A DNA stretch of 64,000 bases from a virus. Its lineage: Duplodnaviria > Heunggongvirae > Uroviricota > Caudoviricetes. The stretch lies in IMG/VR virus record IMGVR_UViG_3300010049_000009, positions 1-64,000 of that record. One strand, written 5' to 3'. Shown piece after piece: positions 28,460-36,101 of the stretch (position 1 is its first letter; the number at the start of each line of letters is the position of its first letter). The translations under genes were made by a program, and so were the position numbers. The notes below the pieces were generated by a model. That model worked only from the letters and a program-made list of their open reading frames with translations. It did not search any database and was not told where the DNA came from.

Positions 28460-28927
28460 TCAATTTATATCAATTTTTCTAATTGTGGGTTGTTCGGTAG
28501 AACTCCACATTTTATCTATAACAATCTCCAAAATACCATCCACAATATGTGAAGTAGTAGTATCTAAATCACAATCTTTTGGAATGGTAAATGTTTCTTT
28601 ACCGGGTTTTGTGTTGAAATGAAAACCATTATCACGTGGTTTATACTCCACAGTTAGAGTATAATCTTGTAATGTGATTTCAATATCATTTTTTGATAAT
28701 CCTGGAACCAACAATTCAATCGAATGAGTGTGTGCATCACTCTCGATATGACAGTTTGATCTACCTATACCGTATGATACAGTATAACTTGGTGGCGCAA
28801 TTATGTCTTGCGCACGTGGGAGAATACCCCACCATGGGCTTGTATCCTCACTTGGTAAAAAATCACCCACATGAAATCTATATGGATAATTACCTGTACC
28901 TGTTCTTATGTTACAACAACTTTTCAT
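28460..28927 (-). CDS. small heat-shock protein (Hsp20/alpha-crystallin-like)
   Basis: alpha-crystallin-like core IELLVPGLSKNDIEITLQDYTLTVEYKPRD...FTIPKDCDLD...DGILEIVIDK. Confidence 0.5.
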   Translation of the reverse strand: MKSCCNIRTGTGNYPYRFHVGDFLPSEDTSPWWGILPRAQDIIAPPSYTVSYGIGRSNCHIESDAHTHSIELLVPGLSKNDIEITLQDYTLTVEYKPRDNGFHFNTKPGKETFTIPKDCDLDTTTSHIVDGILEIVIDKMWSSTEQPTIRKIDIN

Positions 28928-28993
28928 ATTATATAATTATTATTATTATTTATTTTTACATTTACCACTATTCAAAGAGTGTGCCAAAGGATT

Positions 28994-29044
28994 TTTGTCA
29001 CAAAAAAAGATGTTTTTTGTGACAAAATATGACAGATTGTCATA
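28994..29044. promoter_or_regulatory. two adjacent palindromes, TTTGTCACAAAAAA-N5-TTTTTTGTGACAAA (14-bp arms) and TATGACA-GAT-TGTCATA, upstream of the sHsp-DnaK operon and overlapping the infA stop
   Basis: perfect inverted repeats sharing a TGTCA half-site. Confidence 0.45.
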
Positions 29045-29291
29045 CTTGTCCTTCATCTACTGACACCTTTGCAGTATTGAACCGGCGTGAAATACGACCT
29101 CTTGTCAGATCGTATGGCGACATTTCTATTTCGACTTTATCACCAACTAAAATTTTAACGTAGTTTTTGCGTATTTTACCTGATATTACACACAGCACCA
29201 TGTGTTCGTTTTCCAACTCAACGCGAAAGGTGGCGTTACCCAACGCTTCTGTAACTATACCTGTTTGGATTATAAGATTCTTTTTACCCAT
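29040..29291 (-). CDS. infA: translation initiation factor IF-1 homologue
   Basis: [57 protein letters not shown] is roughly 60% identical to the recalled E. coli IF-1 ([57 protein letters not shown]). Confidence 0.85.
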   Translation of the reverse strand: MGKKNLIIQTGIVTEALGNATFRVELENEHMVLCVISGKIRKNYVKILVGDKVEIEMSPYDLTRGRISRRFNTAKVSVDEGQV

Positions 29292-29652
29292 TTTCTTTTT
29301 TTATAAATTGTTTTAAATATTTCATTTCGATATGTTTCTTAATAATATCCCCATGACATGACTTCGGCGCACAAAAACAACCAAGACATATGTTTTCACC
29401 ACGTATATACATATCATATATTTCGTCTATTTTCTCTCTAAATGTGGGGTTATTTTCATAGTTTTCAAGAAAATATTCTTGGTATTTTGCAATTGCGGTT
29501 TCTCTATCTGATACCGTGTATTGCGCTAACGTTCCTGTTTTGGTACTATATGGATTACCCAATATGTTATTTTCTCTGTTTCTACCTATGTAGAAATACA
29601 CACCATCGTTTGGGGTGTGTTTATTAATGTTTATTACTTCTATACTTCCCAC
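29284..29652 (-). CDS. hypothetical protein ([14 protein letters not shown] motif)
   Basis: ORF. Confidence 0.45.
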   Translation of the reverse strand: MGSIEVININKHTPNDGVYFYIGRNRENNILGNPYSTKTGTLAQYTVSDRETAIAKYQEYFLENYENNPTFREKIDEIYDMYIRGENICLGCFCAPKSCHGDIIKKHIEMKYLKQFIKKENG

Positions 29653-29881
29653 TATCTTATTACCATTACTGATTTTTCACCGATACCATTTTCTTCTTTG
29701 TGGTCTATATAATGACACACAACTTCTTCTGTAATAGATTCAATGTGGTCAAAACCCGTACCACTACAATTAACAATAAGAACTTCCATTGTTTTAGGAA
29801 GACCTTCCAACGCATTTTCTATATCAAGTACTGTTAACATATCAATTATTTTGTTTCAAATATACAAAAAATAACAAAAAT

Positions 29882-30889
29882 TTACAAGTATGTTGCTGTT
29901 TGAAGTAGTTTAATTACACCATCAATACCTCTTTCTCTATACAGGTCGGAAACGTCTTTACATTTCTCCGGCAGCGTTAATTTAGACCAATCTACTATGC
30001 GTATCCGCCCACACAATCTACCTACGTTCAACGTTTCATAAATCTTTATCCAATCCTCATACGCTTTTTCTTCATAGTCGGGTATTAACAAAACACTGTT
30101 TGCTCTTTCCAACAATACGTTGAATAATCGGAAGTCGGAGTTTAATTTCTTTCCTAATATTGGAATAGCATTTGAAGGTAATGGAATAGCGTCTAAAACA
30201 CCTTCGACTAATCTAACTTCACCGTCAAATTGTGTTTTATTGTATCCCCATATTATTTCACGTTTATCGTGATCTGATGGTAGAACAAATTTTGTTTGAT
30301 ATTTGTTTTCCTTATACAGACGACCAACAAAATAATCTATGCTACCGAATGACCAATTAGTAAAGATTATTCGATTACGAATACTTTTTGTGTATTTACA
30401 ACCGGTTGTGCATTTGTTACAAACATTTGTTGTGCAATGTATGTTATTTTTTTCGATTTCATAATCAACCAAACCACGATCAATCAAATAATTGTATGCG
30501 TCTTTATGTTCGGGTCGAAGTTTGTTTAATGGAACACAGCACTTGGGTAGTTTAAAGATGGGTTTTTCAAAACACTCTTCGTCAAAATGTAATAGGTACA
30601 AACGACTTTCCCTGATATTCTTAATCTCATCGAAATATTCTTTGTATATTCGTTCATTGCCGAATTGTTTGATTAAATAGGATAATCTACCTGATTGTTC
30701 GGGGCAACACCAAGAGTTGTATATACCTTTGGGAAAATTTACTTCCAAATTACCTTTACCCACACCCCCACAGTAGGGACAATCGTACTGCGACTGTCCA
30801 TTTTCACTAACACCACGTTTAGTGCTACCTAAAAAGGATTCAAATATTCTTTCTAATTTGTTGTACATCAATCCATTTTTTGTGAACAC
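29882..30889 (-). CDS. T4 gp61-like DNA primase (zinc ribbon + TOPRIM)
   Basis: YDCPYCGG zinc ribbon; VRLVEGVLDAIP (TOPRIM EGxxD); LLIPDYEE; IVDWSKLTLPEKCKDVSDLYRERG collinear with recalled T4 gp61 (VYVLEGPIDSLF; FWDKSPWKSKDVNDMIRKEG). Confidence 0.6.
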   Translation of the reverse strand: MFTKNGLMYNKLERIFESFLGSTKRGVSENGQSQYDCPYCGGVGKGNLEVNFPKGIYNSWCCPEQSGRLSYLIKQFGNERIYKEYFDEIKNIRESRLYLLHFDEECFEKPIFKLPKCCVPLNKLRPEHKDAYNYLIDRGLVDYEIEKNNIHCTTNVCNKCTTGCKYTKSIRNRIIFTNWSFGSIDYFVGRLYKENKYQTKFVLPSDHDKREIIWGYNKTQFDGEVRLVEGVLDAIPLPSNAIPILGKKLNSDFRLFNVLLERANSVLLIPDYEEKAYEDWIKIYETLNVGRLCGRIRIVDWSKLTLPEKCKDVSDLYRERGIDGVIKLLQTATYL

Positions 30890-31167
30890 CTTTTACAATG
30901 CCCATATTCTTTTGCACAATCAATACACAAATCATCGGTGTAGGTGCTTTCAAAATATAATTTTTTACCACAACAATCACAAGGTTTTGTTGTCATCGAA
31001 GCACCACCTATTTTAGAGGATACATATTTACAATACTTACATAGACAATGTTCTCTACGTTCTTTTTTTTCTGTATCGTTGGTGTAATCTTCGATTGTTT
31101 TTTTATAACCGTCTATAACACGTTTATTTCGTGCTTTACTATCCAACGCTCTTGTTTTACTAACCAT
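30868..31167 (-). CDS. Cys-rich zinc-finger protein
   Basis: multiple CxxC pairs. Confidence 0.4.
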   Translation of the reverse strand: MVSKTRALDSKARNKRVIDGYKKTIEDYTNDTEKKERREHCLCKYCKYVSSKIGGASMTTKPCDCCGKKLYFESTYTDDLCIDCAKEYGHCKRCSQKMD

Positions 31168-31171
31168 ATAA

Positions 31172-31936
31172 TTACACTATATTTTGAATATTCCACTTCC
31201 TCGCTGACTTACAAAACTTTTTATATTCAGGATATTCGTTATAAGAATGTTTCCAATACCATTCTCTGAACATATGTGGTGGGTGGTTGTTTGATAAGTC
31301 ATAATAAATATCACACATACTAACGGTTACTTTACCTATTTTACAATCACCACCAATTCGGTTTTTAACCCATTTAACATCATCATGAAAAAGGTCGTGT
31401 TTATCACAAAAACACCTTACCATATTATCGCACCACTCCTCATATTGTTCAACGGTGTTTCTAATTCTAGTATTCAACCACGTTTTTCTGTCCTCTACTT
31501 CGTCATCGTAATCTTCGAGAGAGGAAATCATTTCCCTTTTTTCCTCATTGTAGAAATCCACATCAAACCTCAATTCATCTTCGGTATATATTAGGTCTTC
31601 CTCATATCTAGTGTCATTTGTTCTCAGGATAACATATTTATTCTTAACAGCACCGTTGATTTCATACAGTGAAGTTGTGAAATTTGTTTCAGAATATATG
31701 TTCTCATATTCATAGATATAAGGGGCGTTGTTGTTTATTGGTGAGGATTTATCAACCAATTTCGCCTTATATAAATACATAGGGCAACCAACACCATCAC
31801 ACATTGCATATCTGTTTAATAATGTTAATGTACCGTCATCGTTACCATAAATTTTACTTACACCCACCCTAGTTGTGGTAATTGCTATCAATTTTATTCC
31901 ATTCATATTATTATATTTTTTTAATAAACCAATCAT
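31172..31936 (-). CDS. hypothetical protein (254 aa)
   Basis: ORF. Confidence 0.5.
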   Translation of the reverse strand: MIGLLKKYNNMNGIKLIAITTTRVGVSKIYGNDDGTLTLLNRYAMCDGVGCPMYLYKAKLVDKSSPINNNAPYIYEYENIYSETNFTTSLYEINGAVKNKYVILRTNDTRYEEDLIYTEDELRFDVDFYNEEKREMISSLEDYDDEVEDRKTWLNTRIRNTVEQYEEWCDNMVRCFCDKHDLFHDDVKWVKNRIGGDCKIGKVTVSMCDIYYDLSNNHPPHMFREWYWKHSYNEYPEYKKFCKSARKWNIQNIV

Positions 31937-31947
31937 ATCATTTTTTA

Positions 31948-32778
31948 CTAATTTAACCTTTCTTCTCTAAATTCACAAATATCCAACAAACAAAAGTCTA
32001 TGTTATTTACCCTCGTTGTTTGTGTTGCATGAAAATGCCCATAATACCATTTTGATAATATTTTCTGATTATCTTTAATTTTATAGAAATTATTATCCAT
32101 TGTTTTACGCTCTGTATCCACATCATATTTCAATTGCATATCCACCATTATCCAACTTTGGATACCGCTCTTTGTATATGGATAAACAAATGACGGTGCA
32201 GTATGTGATGCAATAATATCAATGTTATTCGGGAATTTTTTATTGATTTCATCTATCTTTGATTCATTATATATGGGCATTTCACCTTCCCAATAATATT
32301 TTCTACCGGGTTTTTCACGTTCCCACCTCCAACGTTCAGTTCTATCAACACTCAATCCACCACCAATACATAATATATTTTTAGAAATGGTAAAGATTGG
32401 GGGTGCAAAATATAAAGAGTTGTCATCTTGTGGAAGTTCTCTTGTGTAAAATATTTCAATAACAGTGTAATCAGATACTAAATGAATGTTGGAATATGAT
32501 TTGGAATATACGCCGTCAAAATATTTTGGGTCATCGTGATTTCCTCGAACTACAACAAGGTGATTCTTTTTCTTTTTTAGTTTGCTGTTGAGTTTCTTCA
32601 ACTCCACTTTATTGTGTTCTTCGGAATGAAAACCAATACCAAAATCACCAAGTTGAATGATTACATAGTTTTCCAATTGGTATTGTACACTTGCTTTGTG
32701 TGCAAGGGTACTCCATTGTCCGTGAACATCGCCAACAAAGGTTAATCCATTGGCATCATTAAATTTTATTGTATTCAT
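31948..32778 (-). CDS. PPP-family-like Ser/Thr phosphatase / calcineurin-like metallophosphoesterase
   Basis: FVGDVHGQ ... LGDFGIG ... RGNHDD (GDxHG / GDxxxxG / GNH[DE]). Confidence 0.55.
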   Translation of the reverse strand: MNTIKFNDANGLTFVGDVHGQWSTLAHKASVQYQLENYVIIQLGDFGIGFHSEEHNKVELKKLNSKLKKKKNHLVVVRGNHDDPKYFDGVYSKSYSNIHLVSDYTVIEIFYTRELPQDDNSLYFAPPIFTISKNILCIGGGLSVDRTERWRWEREKPGRKYYWEGEMPIYNESKIDEINKKFPNNIDIIASHTAPSFVYPYTKSGIQSWIMVDMQLKYDVDTERKTMDNNFYKIKDNQKILSKWYYGHFHATQTTRVNNIDFCLLDICEFREERLN

Positions 32779-32779
32779 T

Positions 32780-33106
32780 TTATCCGTTACTTAATGTTCT
32801 AACTCTTTTATTACCACCCATTTCAACAACTTTAATACCACTTGGATCAACAAATGGTTGTTGTTCAACCATCGGTTCAACAACAGGTGGAACAACTTCT
32901 TTTTCTAAAACTACATCATTTTTCGGAACTTCCAAAACGGAGGGTGTTACCTCTTTTGGTTTTACAAACGCCGGTTCTTCACCATACACATAGGATACGT
33001 GCACCTTTTCTATTAGTTCGTTAATATATTCATTAACGTCTAAATCATTCGCAGCACAATATTCTTCAATAGATTTAATCAATCTTTTCTTAAAAACAAA
33101 TTTCAT
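32780..33106 (-). CDS. hypothetical protein
   Basis: ORF. Confidence 0.4.
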   Translation of the reverse strand: MKFVFKKRLIKSIEEYCAANDLDVNEYINELIEKVHVSYVYGEEPAFVKPKEVTPSVLEVPKNDVVLEKEVVPPVVEPMVEQQPFVDPSGIKVVEMGGNKRVRTLSNG

Positions 33107-33168
33107 ATAAGTTCAATTTTATTAAAAATACTATTTATAATAAAATAAAACTAATTATATTAAAAGTC

Positions 33169-33639
33169 ATGGCGTTAATTAATGGTCAAAGTTGTCTTGA
33201 AAACATAGGTCTGGGTCACAGACCGGTTTTGTTGATGAAGAACGAATATCAAAAAGAAGAAGCATACGATGTCAATCACCCCAACGCTCTTGCTACCGGT
33301 GATGGGCGTGGTCGTGGTACGGCACATGGTGGTCATACACACTCAATACCTGATTGTACAAAAGCAGAATATATTGGTGAACATTTTCAATCACCTATTG
33401 AAGCACAAATAGATAGTAATATTGATTCAGGTCCGAACCAAACAGGTGCGGGAGATTGTGTTGACGTGAATGGTCGTCTTGGTTTAGCACACAGTGGGCG
33501 TAATGCTCTAATTGGAATAAATATTTATGATCATATAAATACTTATGGTGCGCACTCTGTAAATACTGAATTGAACGTTAATGACGGTCAGTTCGTTGTT
33601 GGATATAACGAAAGAACACCGATTCTTTGTGCAACATAA
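33169..33639 (+). CDS. hypothetical His/Gly-rich protein
   Basis: ORF; preceded by the conserved motif ACTATTTATAATAAAATAAAA (33130-33150). Confidence 0.45.
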   Translation: MALINGQSCLENIGLGHRPVLLMKNEYQKEEAYDVNHPNALATGDGRGRGTAHGGHTHSIPDCTKAEYIGEHFQSPIEAQIDSNIDSGPNQTGAGDCVDVNGRLGLAHSGRNALIGINIYDHINTYGAHSVNTELNVNDGQFVVGYNERTPILCAT

Positions 33640-34123
33640 CATATTATGATTTGGTTTCTTATAATACCGATTATTGTAATTTTCATTTTATTTTGTTTTC
33701 CACAAAAAAGCAGAAGTGGAAGAGGTGCTGGTTGGTATAGCGATAGAAAAACTTCCGGTGGTCTCGCTTTTAACACTGAAACAGGTGAATTAGAAGCAGG
33801 TGCCGGCAAATTGATTTTACCGTTTTAATATTAAAAATGAAAAATAATGAAGTACGCAGGAGGAATAATCTTATTGGCAGCAGCCTTTTGTTGTGTGTAC
33901 ATCTTTTGTGTATGTCTAATCTTCTTTGTAAGGACAATACAAAGTATGTTCGCACGAACAAGGTCTGTACACGACCGTATATTGAAGAACAAACGAATTA
34001 AACGTTTATTTAGAAGTAAACAAACATGAATGTAGGTGGATTAATGTGTGTTATTTTTGCGTATTATATTGCAATATGTGTGTGGGCAGTATTTGCGTTT
34101 AGAGGTGCGGATGACGAAACCAA

Positions 34124-34444
34124 TCACCATAATCTCTGATTCCAACGTTTCTTAATCCAATTTCCCGATTTATTCGGCCAAGCAATTTGATTGTTTGCAC
34201 TTGCTTCGGCAAAACTAATTATTAATAGAAGTAGTACCCAAGCAATATTAATTACCGGTATCCAACCAAATAAAATACCCAAAATAAGATGTTTGGTTTT
34301 GAAACCATATTTTTGTGGTATTTCATTACCATTATCATCAAAGATTTTATCCTCTTTGGAAACCCATATATTTATTACACGTGCCCTGATAGCATAACCA
34401 CACAACACCGCTAATATCCCTGCTATTCCATATATTATTGTCAT
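34124..34444 (-). CDS. small membrane protein
   Basis: two TM segments. Confidence 0.45.
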   Translation of the reverse strand: MTIIYGIAGILAVLCGYAIRARVINIWVSKEDKIFDDNGNEIPQKYGFKTKHLILGILFGWIPVINIAWVLLLLIISFAEASANNQIAWPNKSGNWIKKRWNQRLW

Positions 34445-34456
34445 ATCATTTGTATA

Positions 34457-34933
34457 TTATTCTTCCTCAAAATCACTTTCATCACCAACACGATGGTTAA
34501 TTAAAACAGAATCTAATGGTATAGAAAGCGTACACTCATATCTAATAGGGTCATCATTTACAAGATTAAACCCTGTAATATAATATGGTTGTCCGTCAAT
34601 CATTATTTCCATTTGTCCTTTAAAATCAATGGTAGTACCCTCTTTGTGAAGGCGACACCACTCCATAAGTGCTTCGGATACGCTGGGTTCGGTGTCTTTT
34701 TCGGTAAATGTCATTTCAATATTACTCCAATGTAATTCTTTATGATTATTCGCAATCTTATCCACAAGTTGTTCTTCCAAAGATATTTCACTTTCAAGTC
34801 GTTTTTTACATTCTTGAAGAACTTCTTGGATAATATTATCTTCCGGCGTTACATATTCATATTTAGTAAACATTGGACTATCTACTTCCCCAATATTGAG
34901 AGGGGGTGTCATTTCATTACTTTCATTATTCAT
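34457..34933 (-). CDS. tail-tube-family paralogue (gp19/gp48/gp54-like)
   Basis: ALMEWCRLHKEG mirrors AVMEWVRLHAES of the 21035 product; the track ORF runs on into the tRNAs (spurious N-terminus), so the ATG at 34933 (MNNESNEM) is used. Confidence 0.35.
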   Translation of the reverse strand: MNNESNEMTPPLNIGEVDSPMFTKYEYVTPEDNIIQEVLQECKKRLESEISLEEQLVDKIANNHKELHWSNIEMTFTEKDTEPSVSEALMEWCRLHKEGTTIDFKGQMEIMIDGQPYYITGFNLVNDDPIRYECTLSIPLDSVLINHRVGDESDFEEE

Positions 34934-34986
34934 ATCATTTTTTCTATAAATATACAGTATTTTAAAATAACATTGAATTATATGTG

Positions 34987-35067
34987 AGCGGATAGTGGGA
35001 CTCGAACCCACACGCCTTTCGGCACTAGTTCCTAAGACTAGCGCGTATACCATTCCGCCATATCCGC
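34987..35067 (-). tRNA. tRNA-Leu (anticodon TAG), type II with long variable arm
   Basis: acceptor GCGGATA/TATCCGC; anticodon stem CTAGT/ACTAG, loop CTTAGGA; folded by eye. Confidence 0.7.
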
Positions 35068-35133
35068 ATATTATCACAAATATTTGCACTGTTATCATAG
35101 GTATTGATAATAGTGCAATTTTATTTGATAATG

Positions 35134-35206
35134 TATGAGTGGAGGGATTCGAACCCCCGATTTCGTGGTCCCAAACCACGCGCCATACCAACTTGACCAC
35201 ACCCAT
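35134..35206 (-). tRNA. tRNA-Pro (anticodon TGG), with an A1-U72 pair
   Basis: anticodon stem CGTGG/CCACG, loop TTTGGGA; T-arm GGGGG-TTCGAAT-CCCTC. Confidence 0.65.
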
Positions 35207-35213
35207 GTTGTTG

Positions 35214-35285
35214 ATGTTCCACCAGGACTTGAACCTGGACAAACAGATTCAAAATCTGTTGTGCTAACCATTACACAATGGAACA
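35214..35285 (-). tRNA. tRNA-Gln (anticodon TTG)
   Basis: acceptor TGTTCCA/TGGAACA (U1-A72 typical of Gln); anticodon stem ACAGA/TCTGT, loop TTTTGAA. Confidence 0.7.
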
Positions 35286-35291
35286 ATGTAG

Positions 35292-35364
35292 CTGGGATAG
35301 TAGGTCACGATCCTACGACCTGCGGATTAACAGTCCGATGCTCTACCAACTGAGCTATATCCCA
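35292..35364 (-). tRNA. tRNA-Asn (anticodon GTT)
   Basis: acceptor TGGGATA/TATCCCA; D-arm GCTC-AGTTGGTA-GAGC; anticodon loop CTGTTAA. Confidence 0.7.
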
Positions 35365-35370
35365 ATTTTG

Positions 35371-35443
35371 CGGTCGATGTGGGATTCGAACCCCTCCTCT
35401 ACCGTGACAGGGTAACGTGCTAACCATTACACTACACCGACCA
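35371..35443 (-). tRNA. tRNA-Asp (anticodon GTC); the T-stem pairs poorly
   Basis: anticodon stem TTACC/GGTAG, loop CTGTCAC (classic Asp loop); acceptor GGTCGGT/ATCGACC; only a 3-bp T-stem found by eye. Confidence 0.55.
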
Positions 35444-35448
35444 TTTTG

Positions 35449-35524
35449 GGTGAGAGAGGAGAATCGAACCCCCGACCTTCTGATCCACAATCAGACGCTC
35501 TAACCTACCTGAGCTACCCTCACC
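35449..35524 (-). tRNA. tRNA-His (anticodon GTG) with encoded G-1 opposite C73 (bacterial type)
   Basis: 5' G-GTGAGGG; anticodon stem TCTGA/TCAGA, loop TTGTGGA. Confidence 0.7.
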
Positions 35525-35532
35525 ATATATTG

Positions 35533-35605
35533 TAGTCGGTACGGGACTCGAACCCGTTTCTCCACCTTGAAAGGGTGGTGTCCTGACCAATTAGACGAAC
35601 CGACC
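35533..35605 (-). tRNA. tRNA-Glu (anticodon TTC)
   Basis: near-identical to the recalled E. coli tRNA-Glu core (TTCGTCTA..GGACACCACCCTTTCAAGGTGG); T-arm ACGGG-TTCGAGT-CCCGT. Confidence 0.7.
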
Positions 35606-35614
35606 ATATTTTTG

Positions 35615-35699
35615 TGGAAAGGGTAGGATTCGAACCTACGAAAGTCCGAAGACAGCGGAGTTACAGTCCGCCCCAATTGACCAACTATGGGACCTTTCC
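35615..35699 (-). tRNA. tRNA-Tyr (anticodon GTA), type II (bacterial style)
   Basis: acceptor GGAAAGG/CCTTTCC; anticodon stem GCGGA/TCCGC, loop CTGTAAC; long variable arm. Confidence 0.7.
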
Positions 35700-35745
35700 A
35701 AACATTTTATCCAAAATAATATTCACATATTATTCCGATCTTATG

Positions 35746-35818
<73 letters not shown>

Positions 35819-36101
35819 ATTATTTTTTCGTTTATACGTTGCTATTTTGTGGTATTTTTACCCACTTTTAGCAACCTATTTTATGTCAAAGAACTTCAAA
35901 AAAAAACTCCCATTCATTCGGATAGAATTTATGGGAGTGTGAAAATATATGAGTTTTACAGAAATTACATAGAAATTCCTCCCAATGGTTTATTATCCTC
36001 TGGTTGATCATTATGATACGTTTCGGGTAGTCCCGCACTGTATGTAATATACTTTTTCATTTCTTTAAAAATAAATTCTATTATAAATAGACAGTTTTTT
36101 T

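Noticed and set aside
31948-32778. T4 gp47 (Mre11-like recombination nuclease) identity for the metallophosphoesterase
   Set aside because: No Rad50/gp46-like ATPase gene is adjacent, and the motif spacing looks more like PPP-type phosphatases. It is called a generic calcineurin-like phosphoesterase.
33169-33639. Possible QueD (6-carboxytetrahydropterin synthase) because of a HGGHTHS motif
   Set aside because: The QueD zinc motif is CxxxHGH with a different context. No other convincing queuosine-pathway genes were seen, so it is left as hypothetical.
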